DNA of 64,000 bases from Paramoeba atlantica (Eukaryota > Protista > Discosea), in NCBI GenBank assembly GCA_977017575.1, contig CDRNVI010000060.1:62001-126000 (forward strand), given 5' to 3'. The translations under genes were made by a program, and so were the position numbers. A model generated the notes under the pieces. It worked only from the letters and a program-made list of their open reading frames with translations, made no database searches and had not been told where the DNA came from. Positions 46,832 to 58,247 of the stretch are shown piece after piece. Position 1 is the first letter of the stretch. Every line of letters starts with the position of its first letter.

Positions 46832-47713
46832 TCAAACCCATTGTTCGAGTGATGAGTCAAAGAGGTTGTCACTCAGGTGTATTTGTTTCAGCTTGTCCTT
46901 GTCTAGGCCTTCTGCGGTTACTCCGGTGAGCTGGTTCTTCGAGAGATCAAGATGCCATAGTGAAGACGGAAGAGACGAAAGATTAGTAGTCCCCTCGAAA
47001 CGATTACTTTCCAGAGCAAGTAAGCCCATGGATTTCGGGAGATGATCAAGATCTAGCGTCCCGGTCAGCATATTGTCATTCAAGGCAAGGACGCTTATCC
47101 CAGGAGGTAATGCGTGAAGCTCAATCGGTCCTTCAAAACGATTATCCCCAGAGTATATTTTCCTTATTTTTGGGGGTAACTGAGTGAGATCGACAGGGCC
47201 TTCTAGCTTATTACCCTTTATGTATAGCTCTTGAAGCTGTACAGGTAGTGTCGTGAAATCAAACACACCTCGATGTGTGTGTTCTGCAGCATTAAAGGAT
47301 TCTAGTGGGGTGACCAAATCGGAGGAATGTAAGATTCCCGTTAAAGCTCTTCCGATGATACTATGTTCGGTATTAACGTAGGTGACGTGTGGGGGCAAGT
47401 AACTCCATGTAAGGTTACCGGAGAGCGGGAAATACCTCCATTGTAGGCGTGAAACTTGGGATTCAGCGTTACACTTTACGCCTTTCCAAGAACAAGCGGA
47501 GGGTCGCTTCTTCCACGAAGGAGGGGTGTCATGAAGATTTAATACGAGACGGCGCATCATGTCGATCTCAGAGAGGGTTACTGAGCTGACCTTGCTTCCA
47601 AATTTTCGTCTCTTCCGCGGAGGTTGTTGCGGCACGTCGTCCAGAGTGACACAACAATGAGAATGGAAAACAAACACGCGTAGGAGTAGCAGGTAAAGCC
47701 AGCCACTTGTCAT
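46832..47713 (-). CDS. Divergent LRR protein (293 aa) with possible signal peptide
   Basis: Hydrophobic N-terminus WLYLLLLRVFVF, ACSWKGVKC cap, LRRs. Confidence 0.88.
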   Translation of the reverse strand: MTSGWLYLLLLRVFVFHSHCCVTLDDVPQQPPRKRRKFGSKVSSVTLSEIDMMRRLVLNLHDTPPSWKKRPSACSWKGVKCNAESQVSRLQWRYFPLSGNLTWSYLPPHVTYVNTEHSIIGRALTGILHSSDLVTPLESFNAAEHTHRGVFDFTTLPVQLQELYIKGNKLEGPVDLTQLPPKIRKIYSGDNRFEGPIELHALPPGISVLALNDNMLTGTLDLDHLPKSMGLLALESNRFEGTTNLSSLPSSLWHLDLSKNQLTGVTAEGLDKDKLKQIHLSDNLFDSSLEQWV

Positions 47714-48329
47714 AAAGTACTAAGAATCAAGAAAGTTCTTCAAAAAGTTAAACCTGATACTACCATGATCCGTCAAGGGATCAAGGGTCCCGGAGTGTAG
47801 AAATATATTGTATACATGCAAATACCTGCGATTTGCAACAAATCAATAGCTGTATTTTCATACAGCGTTTATATCAACGTTGCGTTTCGCAAATTGAAGA
47901 ACGAACAAGACACAGATTGCGTAAACACGCTTCGTAGCTTTCGAAAGCGTTGTTCCATCGTTGTTCAGCGGCAATCACTGTGGGTGTTAGTGGGCTTTTT
48001 TAAGGTAAATTGAATACTATCCCTCCCTATTTAATAGGGCTACGTGCCCCCCCTTTAATAGGGCCATTTTGTCTGGAAGGCCCAAATAGATTTCAGGGAA
48101 GATCAAAAAAAAATCGATTTTTTTTTCAGCTCTACCCCAACAACAAAAAGTTTATCGAAAGGGAGCAGAACCTTGTTTAACAACGAAAAAAAAGGCGCCG
48201 CGACCGGTTTGTGCAGGGTGTGCAGATATTTCGTGTGCTAAAATTATGGTCATGAGCAAGGTTGGGTCATGGGATGCAGGGGACGGCGTTTCATGGCTCA
48301 GAGAGCACAAACTCATTACCTAAACCGTA

Positions 48330-48840
48330 AAATGTGAACGTGGACATCCGCAAACCACGTGCGTTGGGGCGATGGGCATGTCCCGTGCGCACTTGTCGAG
48401 CCCGATACGCGCTGGAGTCTCCACTTCTGCTCTCGAAATGTCAACTCACTTCTACCCAAGTAATCCTAGGCCTCATTGTGTATTCACGCTCAATGAAAGG
48501 AAAGGATGTAGCCGAAGAGTGGAATTTCTGAGCAGGCGATATGCAAGTTATGCCAGACGTTGGATCATATCATGGCATGGGCTCATCAGTATCGAAGACA
48601 AGAGGCGGAAGGAACACTTGCCTTTATACAAGTGGATGAAACCTTTTTTTCTAAAATCATCAGAATCGAAGAGTCCGCCAGGCGGGAAGCGACATTGCGC
48701 AAACTCTATGTGAAACCTGCAGAGCGGGAAAACTTGAAGAAATTTTCATTACGCCAGTCTCTGATAAAAGAGGCTGATAAAAGAGATTTTCGTGTTTTTT
48801 GTAAAATTGTTAGAAAAAAACAAGAACGCTCTAAGCCTTC
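48330..48840 (+). pseudogene. Merlin-like transposase fragment
   Basis: WACPVRTC and FIQVDETFFSK, compare LQVDETFIGK at about 53650. Confidence 0.6.
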
Positions 48841-49154
48841 CCTTCTAGAAATGGAAGGTGGTATAAAAGGAAAGACAGGAAAACTGGATGAGCCGCGCCG
48901 CTTCGCGGCGCGGCCTTTTTTACAGCGGGGAAAAGATTCAGACCCCCCTTTATACTTCGTTACCGCTCAAAATGGGCGAAGTATAAAGGGAGGGGTCACA
49001 ATAATTTTATGTTAGTTGATTTTATGTGCTTCTGAAATAGAAATAGTTCATTTTCATTTTTTTTCGGAAACTGTGCAATATTGCCTCAATCTGACCCGAG
49101 TGCCACCCCCTATATTCCAATGTACAAAATCAGTCTCCATTATTAACTTAAAGC

Positions 49155-49850
49155 CTATCCTTCATATTTCCCTAAGGCGACGACGTGCCACCCATCCTGG
49201 TCAAGTGCATTCCACCATGTAGAATCCACAAACTGTTCCGTCGATTCTTCGATCTTTTCGATGCTCTCCTGAAGACCCTCAGGAACAGATCCGTTATAAG
49301 CAAACCATTCACCTGACATTGCATCATATTTCGCAAACCGAGTTGGAATAGTACTCAAATCAGTTTTCATCCGAGGAGGGTTTGAAACACAAAGTGTGGA
49401 TAACTTATGGGGTTTTCGATACATATCTATGTACACGGTAAGGTCGTTCTTAAAAAAAGAGACAAATTTCAAGCGATTGGGAAGGACCGAAATGTCCACT
49501 TCGCCAACAAATTTATTGTCAGCCAGTGCAAGCCCTTTCAGGGAACGCGACAGTCTTGAAAAATCGAGCGATCCCGTGAAAGAGTTGTTATACAAGGAGA
49601 GCGATATTAGCGACGATGGGAGGTGACTCACATCGACCGATCCTTCCAAACGGCTGCAGTCAAGGGCCAATTCTACAATGGATGCAGGCAGCGATGTAAA
49701 GCACACAGGACCCGAAAAAGCGTTTTCATACAAATATATAATCCGGATCTGCGGGGGCAATGTGGTGAAATCCAGTCCTCCCGTAAAATGGTTACTATGG
49801 CCCCAAAGTCGTGTAAATACTCGAGGAAGATCATTAAGAGGGAAGGGGCC
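49155..49850 (-). pseudogene. LRR gene whose 5' end is replaced by IS30-like sequence
   Basis: LRRs start at PLNDLP; the called N-terminus is antisense IS30 sequence and the family N-terminal motif is absent. Confidence 0.7.
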
Positions 49851-50400
49851 GGGAGGAAATGTACACAAGGCTCTTCGTATTAGAGGGAGACGACCATAGA
49901 AGCGTCGCACGAACGGCCGGAGCACGATATGAAACTGCGCCCCTATTAGTAAGCGTCCGAAAATCGTCGACAGACGGCGCCACTCTGGTGACTGGGAAGC
50001 TGATCTTGCGGAAGGAAGTAAAAAAAGTGGATATATTTTAACATTGTGTCAGCGCAAGAGTAGATTCGTTGTTCTTCGCACTCTCAAAACCAAGCAGGCA
50101 AAGCAAGTTGAAAGGGAGGTACTGAAAGGGTTAAAGAAATTTAAAGTTCTTACTATTATTTATGACAATGGGACAGAATTTTGGAATCATGAGAAGGTAA
50201 ATCAAAAGTTAAATTGCAGGTCGTAGTTCTGTCAGCCTATCACTCATGGGAAAAAGGGGCCGTTGAAAATATGAATGGCTTGGTTCGTCAACATCATTCA
50301 AAGTCTGATGCTTTCGACATTTTGACGCAGGCTGAAGTTAGTAAGACGGCACGAAAGTTGAACTATCGACCACGGAAATGTCTCAATTGGGGGATGAAAC
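49850..50400 (+). mobile_element. IS30-family transposase remnant
   Basis: One frame reads ISKRPKIVDRRRHSGDWEADL..G.KKSGYILTLCQRKSRF..IIYDNGTEF..; SWEKGAVENMNGLVRQ..LNYRPRKCL; in-frame stops at about 49899, 49932 and 50226. Confidence 0.88.
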
Positions 50401-50639
50401 TGATCCTCTTTGTCGCAAGGTAGGAGTAGCCTCCCTTCTCTCATCCACCATCACCCCGCCCGGGCCAACTTTTCCAGCCTCTGCGCGCTCCAGGACCTTA
50501 CAAAAGCACGATTAGACACCGCACACTGGAAGTCTCCCTCACCGCGAGCAAACATGTCTGCTACGACAAGATGAAATTTTCTGGGATGAAATTGCGTCAA
50601 ATCGATCAAGCATAAAAAAAAATATCCATTGCCACTGGT

Positions 50640-50990
50640 CCTCCTCTCTTAAATGAAATTCATACGCTATATTCCATCAGACGCAGTAGCTATCTGCTTT
50701 TGAGCGTCCGACCCCGGAGCGTGTATTTCATTGAATAGGCCACTGCTCATCTTGAAGCGTACCTTCAAGAAGGCCATCTCTATGCTCCCGGGGTCCAAGG
50801 TGAAGTGGGCGACTTTGTCGAATGTATGTGGCGCTCTGTTTCGGGGAAGCGGTCTTGCGTTTACCAGAAGTGGCGTCAGCGGACCGCTTCTCGTCAAAGT
50901 GAAGCAAATAACGGGGCTGGGTCCTCGCCACTACCCCCAGAATACAATCCCCGTTGTATTGGGTGGCTACCACCATCGCTTCTTCATATC
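50640..50990 (+). pseudogene. Third degraded ORF-X copy
   Basis: VRPRSVYFIE..LYAPG..EVGDFVECMWRSVSGKRS matches 13720-14241. Confidence 0.65.
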
Positions 50991-51949
50991 CTTCGATTCG
51001 TTTCCAGGCCTTGTAGGTGTGTTATGAGACTGTAAAAGGTATGAAGGTAAGACGGTAGAAGGTAAGGTAACATAGGGTAAGGCAATGTCTTCCCCGCTAC
51101 TGTTGTGTTCTAATCCTAATTACTGTACCCCTCTAGTTATCTGTCACTACTTTTCGTGAAAAAGTGACAGACACACTACAAGTACTACTTGTACAGTACA
51201 AGTAGTACCGCGGAACACGGTAGTTGTACCCTGTTCTTAGTCCTGGAGGTTGTAAGGTGGGGAAATGCTTGAAAACCAAATTAACATGACAGACGAAATA
51301 GGAATACTCACTTGTGAGTTGTCAATATAAAAGTTGTCAATATAAAGCAGAACGTCGGAAAATTGTTTTAAATTCGTGATTCTAAGCTTTATGAGCGTAG
51401 TTTCAAATTTTACCTCACATGATCAAGTTTTTTTGAACTCTTTTTTGAACTCGTGTTTTCTTTATTTTTTTAACGTGTCACTGGGTCACATAATCCTTGT
51501 GACACCTGGAGTTCTTGATTTTGAATCGGAACAGTCTTTCTGCCTTTTCCGACACATCCGCTGTGACGTCTAGTGACTTGAACACCAGCTCTGCCCTCTC
51601 CGCAAGTGACGATCCCGACTGGGCCAAGCGATGAGTCAGGTTGATCCTGTGAGGATGAGTGGAATGGGGAAGAGAGTATAGCGATATAGCCTGTAGGCTT
51701 CCCTGAAAGACACTGAGTGTCACGAAGATGAAATCCATGAGGACTTAGCAAAGCGTTTTTTCACGCACACAGAATTGTTATCAGTTACAGACCCATGGAT
51801 GAACACTTGCTTGGATGCTCAACTTTTAGACGATGCATTAGCAGTTAAAAATAGTGTGCAGTCTAAATTCGATGAATAGTGCGGCTCCCCAGAGGTCAGC
51901 AACTCGCTAGTTGCGGAGCCCACAACTTCCCAACGCTCCTGCTCAGTGT

Positions 51950-52200
51950 TGGATTGAATCCAACGTTGAATCCGCCGAGGTGTCGAACACGCTTGTTTTT
52001 GGAGAAACAAGTTTTTCCAAGTTAACGATACGTTGCGTTAAGTTGGCAGTTCGTCTGTAACAGAATAAGACGCAAAGTGCTTGGAAGAAATTCCCATGAA
52101 AGGGTTCCTTGAAGTCCCATACGCTGCCAGTCAATGCGAATAGCCTTCCATCAGAATTTAGTCTAACGTTTCTCCATTCTTGAATGGGTTTGCTTGGGTC
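51950..52200 (-). pseudogene. LRR gene fragment
   Basis: IDWQRMGLQGTLSWEFLPSTLR. Confidence 0.6.
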
Positions 52201-52803
52201 CCATGAAGGATCAGGGTTCTTAATATTATTGCGGTGGTTATATAACTACCGCTCTACCCTCGATTATTGAAAAAAAAGTGAACAAAAACAGTGAAAATAT
52301 AAAGAAGAACACAGTAATATAATAGAAGAAAAAAATATAAAAGGGGGCTCCGGTGGTCCAAAAATGAAAAAAAAAATTGAAAAAAATGGGGGGTCTAGGG
52401 GGGGTCTAGGGGGGGTCCATGGGGGGGGTCATGGTTGAGCAAATTTTTTTTGAAAAAATTATTTTTCAAAACAAAAGACCCCCCCGCGTATCCGCAGGAC
52501 CGGTCCGCCAAGTTCGGATTTTTTCGGAAAAAAAAATTTGAAAAAAATTTCAACTTGGCGAAAAAAATGGAAAAAAAAAATTTTTTACACAATCGTTTCC
52601 CATATTGTATTTTGATAGTTTGAGACCTATACTAGCTTTCTACGCAGTTGTTTTCGCAAGATATCCCTTCTTCGAGCCATGCTTTTTAATTTTTTTTCGA
52701 GCGAGCGTTCGATTTTTTTAACATTTTAAATTGTCTCAACGGAGCAACAAAGGTAGCGCGCGGTACTAGATTTTTTTCATCGATATTTTCAAGGATTCTG
52801 CCA

Positions 52804-52915
52804 GCGAAGCCCACTTCTGGAGGCAAAAGCCCCCGTCTGCGAGCAAGGCCCAACTGTGAGCGAAGCCCACTTCTGGAGGCAAAAGCCCCCGTCTGCGAGC
52901 AAGGCCCAACTGTGA
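52804..52915. repeat. Exact 56-bp tandem duplication
   Basis: GCGAAGCCCACTTCTGGAGGCAAAAGCCCCCGTCTGCGAGCAAGGCCCAACTGTGA x2. Confidence 0.9.
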
Positions 52916-53050
52916 GCGTAGCCCTGGGACATAATTATATTTTTTGGCGCACTGAGAACCTATGTCTGCCACTTCCGCAGGATTCTGGACTATTCTTTAA
53001 TATTGATGTATAGAAAACACGGCATTTTTCTTTTGCGGATCCTGTTTTGA

Positions 53051-54030
53051 ATGAACAACAACAGTGATACTGGAAATACTTCGGAAGCATTTTTGCGCTG
53101 CTTCATGGCTTTCTTGGAAACACAAGTTTCTCACACCAATAGTAGCGTTGAAAATCGCGAAGATGACCCATCTTGGACTGAGGGTACAATTCCTCCCTTC
53201 GAAGCACACAGAGTGTGTCGGGGGTGCGAGGGCTTCGCGTGCGTTCGGGTATGGCCAAACATGCGATACATTCCTCAGGGGGAAGCGGCCGAGGTGTGGA
53301 TGAAGAATCATGGACTCTTGTCGGAACCGCAATGTAAACGTCACGGGGGGGAGTTCATGGTGGGGATCAAGGGGAGCCTTCAGTTTTTTGAGTGCACTCA
53401 TCGGGGGGAGGGTGACACCAGTGCGTGTAGGGCAAGGGTTTTTCGGTATGCACCTTACTTGCGCAGCCGATCTAGCGTCGCTCTTACCACCCTTCTTCTA
53501 ATCTGGGCGGACATAGCAAATAATTTGACGACTGGACAAATCGCCCGTAACCGTGGAGTGCGTCAGAGGGCAGTAACTAATCTCCTGCACATGGTTTCGA
53601 GCGCCGCTTATTTTCGCCAGGAGAATGTCGACTTTAATTTTTCGAAGTTGCAAGTCGATGAAACTTTCATTGGGAAAAGAAAGTGTCACCGCGGAAAGCG
53701 GGTTAGAAAAGTTGGGTGGTGGTTTGTCACCGTCACGGAGATTGATGACCGGAAAATGGGGAGAACGCACTGGAAGCTGGTCAAGTGAAGGGACCAGAAT
53801 ACGCTTCTCAGTTTTATCACTCCCCATTTAACGAGTGCACGTTCAGTGGTGGTGGCTGACGAGTGGCGGGGGTATATTACCTTTGGGGAGTACTGCCGCC
53901 ATTTTACTGTAAATCACAGTAAAGAATTCAACGTTCAACGAATCGCAGGCGGTTCGTTGAATATTCAACGAAGTAGAGACGTACCCGAAAAATATTGCCC
54001 CTCTCTATCTCGCCGGTGTGCCAAAAATTA
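53051..54030 (+). pseudogene. Merlin (ISXO2-like) transposase with one in-frame stop and a 3' deletion
   Basis: LQVDETFIGKRKCHRGKR..GWW, VVVADEWRGY, HFTVNHSKEF. Confidence 0.9.
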
Positions 54031-54079
54031 ACTCGGGTAGGCGAATAAAGGCTAAATTAAGTGGGGGAGGTACTAAAGT

Positions 54080-54756
54080 GTCGTAAAGCACGGTGCTTCA
54101 TGATCTTTCAATCATGGGATATGACTATAATGTTAGGCCCGTGTGCCAAGGACTCACAAAGGTACAAAAAAGAAAAAGAGTAGCTTTTCTAAAGAAATAC
54201 AATACATGTATGGATACATCCCGCGTCGTCTTTACAGACGAAAAAATCTTTGATACTAATGATGGCCGAAAGAATATGTGGGTAGCACCCGGTGAAAAAG
54301 CCGCTCCACGTCAAAAAGTACGCTGGGCGCCTAGATGTCAAGTTTAGGGTGCTATAGGAGTAGGGTGGAGCTACTTAGTTGTTCTGGACTCTGACTCGTC
54401 TATCACGAGCATGTCCTACATTAAGACATTTCCCACGGAAGTGTATTTTTCAGCAAGACGGGGCCACGGCGCACACCGCGCGCGCCTCTAAGGGGTGTTA
54501 CGAATAGAATGAAAGATCTATTGAAAAATTGCTCCCCCCCAATTCACCAGACCTTTCCCCCATAGAAAACGTCTGGTCTATGGTCCAAGAGGTAGTGGAC
54601 GAGCAGACCCCATCAGACAAATCTTCACTCATCCGATGCATACGCAATGCGTGGTCCCGTTTGTCACAAAAAATGATTGATAAAACTGTTTTGAGTTTCG
54701 ATGCTCGCCTCAAAGCGTGTATAAGATTGAAAGGCGAAAAAGTGAAAAAATGGTAA
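54080..54756 (+). pseudogene. Tc1-type transposase remnant
   Basis: VVFTDEKIF, FQQDGATAH, PPNSPDLSPIENVW. Confidence 0.88.
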
Positions 54757-55619
54757 ATGTTAAATATAAACTATCATGAAAGATATTTTTGATTCCGGTT
54801 TTTAGCGCGCAAAGACATTGCGTTGAGATCTGCAAAATGCAACAAAAATCAGCTCAAACGGACACTTGGATGAAAAGTTTGGGGGGGGGGTTGGCTGTGG
54901 GGGGTTTATTTTTATATTTTTGAATTTAAACGCATTCTTTAGAACGTTTTTCGTTCCAAAATCAGGCGAAAAAGGGGGAAAATTTTTGAAGTCCCTTTTA
55001 AAACGGGTTCCGGGTTATTGTGTCCCCCTTGCACAATAACTGGCTCTAGGCACAATAACTAAATATTGGAAAGAACCAAAATAGGGTAAACAAAAATTGG
55101 CCTCGCTTCGCGGCGCCTTTTTTACGGACAAACATGTTCATATGCAGAATTACTTCTATTTAAGAGGTGCTTTGTTAAATGAAGTCAATTACGAGAAAAT
55201 GGGAATAAAACACCCATTTTCGTGCCGCCAACATTTTGGAGGGGGGCACAAGAATAATGGTCGTTTCCACTTATTGTGCCCCCCTGCACAATAACTGGGT
55301 CTAGGCACATTAACCCGGAACAAGGTTTAATATAGAGTAGCGAGGGAGTAGTATCCCCCTCAATATAAGTTAATGACTGTAACAATATTCACAGCCCTAT
55401 CTTCAGTCCGTGATGCTCAAGAGATTTGTTATCATAGCGTTTCAAGTGTTTGACAGTGAATCGTCATCATGTGAAATTTGCTGAATACGTACCATGAACG
55501 TTCTCCGTGTGTACATGCTATAATTAAATATACTACAAAATCGAGAAATTGAGTGCACACTTCTTTGTATAGAATCTGGTCGCTCACATACGTGTATCAC
55601 CACTGAGGGTGTATAACCA

Positions 55620-56585
55620 CAGTGGTTTCAGTTGATCTTGCCCCTCCTCGGAAAATTGATTTTTTTTATCCGTTTTTGCTCATCTTTGCAGCATTAGAGA
55701 GATCTCGTTCTCGTAGCGAAGAGCTTTGCCGCCCTTTCTTCATAGAGACCCCCTGGTGCCCCCTGGGTCCAAAAAACACTGTTTTTTGGACGTTTTCTGT
55801 GTACACAACCATTTTTTGCCACATTTTCCCGATTTCTGTACATTTTACACATGTAAGTACGAGTAATAGTGTTCTAGATTGATAATTTGAAAGCTCTATG
55901 TCTAGTACCATCCCTATCGCTTAATTTAATATAGTCAACACCTCTACATTATGAAGATCAGACCCTCATACCCCAAACAGGGGGAGTGCGTCGAACAATG
56001 TAATGACAAAAGAGAAGACAACCCCACAATGTGTGCAACACAATTGATTCAATCCCAAATAGACTTCGAAGCGTGTTGCAAAACAATGGAAGCCATTCCG
56101 GATACTAGTTCTTTCTCTATTGCCTAGTTCAATTTAGTCAACACCTTTACATTATGCAGACCAGACCCGCTAACCCCAAACAGGGGGAGTACGTACAAGG
56201 GTGGAATGACAATATCCCCCCAATATCCCACAAAGTCCTCAAGAAAAATGTAAAGTGTGCAACACAATTGATTCAGTCCCAAATAGACTTCAAAAAGTGT
56301 TGCAAAACAATGGAGGCCATTCCGGATACTAGTTCTTTTCCTTTAGAGTTAACTTTTGGACACAAATTCCCTTTTTTGTTCCATTTTTGATGGTAAAAAA
56401 GTGTCATTTTTTAATTTTTGTCGACTTTCGGGTCACCCAGGGGGCACCAGACGGTCTCTATGAAAAAAAGGCGGCAAACCTCTTCGCTAGGGGAACGAGA
56501 TCTCTCCAATGCTGCAAAGATGAGCAAAAACGGATTAAAAAAATCAAAATTCCGATGGGGGGGGCAAGATCTACTGAAACCACTG
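55620..56585. mobile_element. Non-autonomous element with about 160-bp imperfect TIRs beginning CAGTGG and an internal tandem duplication of about 200 bp
   Basis: 55620-55780 is the reverse complement of about 56425-56585; right end CACTG|TA; internal repeats start at about 55932 and 56135. Confidence 0.85.
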
Positions 56586-57151
56586 TATGAGGGTAATTCG
56601 GTATGAATAGTAATGTACTGTGTGTGTATATTCGGACGTGTGGTAAGTATTAATAGAATATTGCGTTTGAAAAGAAAGTTAAACACAATCAAAAAAGGAT
56701 TTAGTCACAACCATTCAGAACTGCTGAAGAGAACCAGGGGGAACTGCTAAAAACAAGGGGGAGTATGCTATAGTTCCTGCGTACGATACCATACACCCTC
56801 CGGTATGGTACGAGCTCACAGATATGCTAAACACGACCCTCGTTTAGTTTAAAAAACAGTTTAAATTTTAGGATTTGAGCAAAGAAAAATAAAATAAAAT
56901 CTATATATTTGAAAAAGTTGCACAAGAAATTCACAAATTTTTGTTTTCCTGTTTTTTGTTACACAAATAATTTTGTTGGGTATAATTTGCTTAGCATGAT
57001 TTCACGTGAGAAAAGACAATTTCGCTATTTCGTAAATACCAATTTTTATTTCATAGAAAAGTATCACGCACGCCTGCATTAATTAGATTCAAAAAAGACG
57101 GTTCTGTAACGGGGGAATTCATAGAATAATTGGGAGAGCATCGACCCAAAT

Positions 57152-57976
57152 TTACTGAACAACAACATTAGTGTGCTCACGGTTAAACCAGTATCCACGA
57201 AGTCCAACGGGAAGGTGATCACGCTTAATGGAGCCAGACAACAGGGAATTATCCTGTAGACACAAACAACGCATTGTTTGAGGGAGGGATTCCAATTCGA
57301 TTCGCCCCTCAAATAAATTCTCATGAAGATATAGTCTTTGCAAGGTACTGGGCAAAAATCTCAGTTCCGGTGTTCCGATAAACGTGTTCTTATCCAGCCC
57401 TACGAATAGGATTCCTTCGGGGAAACGTGTTAGGTCTATCAGACCTGACAAAGCGTTGCCACCGAGGTCCAAATATTGTAGATTCTTAGGAAGACAACTT
57501 AAATCAACGTCACCGTCAAAACGATTTTTGACCAAATCCAGTCTTTCCAAATCGGAAGGCAGAAAATGTAAGTGCAAATTTCCATAAAGTTGATTTTTGT
57601 GGGCATGTAGAAGTAGCAGTCCAGAGGGGAATTTGCTAAAGTCAAGCTCACCAGCCAATTTGTTACGACCAACGGCCATATACCCAATAGTATCTGGAAG
57701 TGAGGGCCAGTGCGGATAGCCTTCCAGGCCCAATTGTCCCCAGGAAAGCTCCTTCACGACATGCATCTCCCCGCAAACAACATGAGCCCACTCACACGCC
57801 GGAGTTTGTGAGCTCCAAGTGTGGTCGTACCTCGTGACATTGCGAACAAAATTTTCCAGTGCATATTCCTGAGGGAGTGACGCACCGCGTATCTTACCCC
57901 TTCGAGTATTCGATAAAATATCAGCCAAATGAGTAGATACAATCATGCGCAAGGAAAAATGAAGTAGGGGCTGCAA
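57152..57976 (-). CDS. LRR protein (274 aa)
   Basis: TRRGKIRGASLPQEY motif, ACEWAHVVC cap, LRRs. Confidence 0.92.
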   Translation of the reverse strand: MQPLLHFSLRMIVSTHLADILSNTRRGKIRGASLPQEYALENFVRNVTRYDHTWSSQTPACEWAHVVCGEMHVVKELSWGQLGLEGYPHWPSLPDTIGYMAVGRNKLAGELDFSKFPSGLLLLHAHKNQLYGNLHLHFLPSDLERLDLVKNRFDGDVDLSCLPKNLQYLDLGGNALSGLIDLTRFPEGILFVGLDKNTFIGTPELRFLPSTLQRLYLHENLFEGRIELESLPQTMRCLCLQDNSLLSGSIKRDHLPVGLRGYWFNREHTNVVVQ

Positions 57977-58247
57977 ATAAATGATTTCTAGTCGTTGTAA
58001 TTCAATTCCTGCATATTCTATTTTCTAGGATTATTCTAACAATTTTGAATCGAAATTGTTTTGAATCAATTTTGAATCGCTATCCACTCTTTCCTTTTCA
58101 AACTTTACCAAAACTCCTCTACTTCTCCCCATCATAGATGACCTCCTTTCCTCCCTTTTCTCTCCCCACCACAACCTAAATCCGGGTTGGGGAAAGGTTT
58201 CGGGAAAGCTTTTCCTCCCCCCCAAACCCGCTTTCCCCCATTTTCCC

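Noticed and set aside
42686-54030. Stop-codon reassignment suggested by in-frame TGA/TAG in transposases
   Set aside because: The stops co-occur with frameshifts in decayed TEs, while long host ORFs have no internal stops and end with TAA/TAG/TGA.
55014-55315. Two copies of a TTATTGTG..CACAATAAC hairpin
   Set aside because: Short, two copies only, no associated feature; probably TE end debris.
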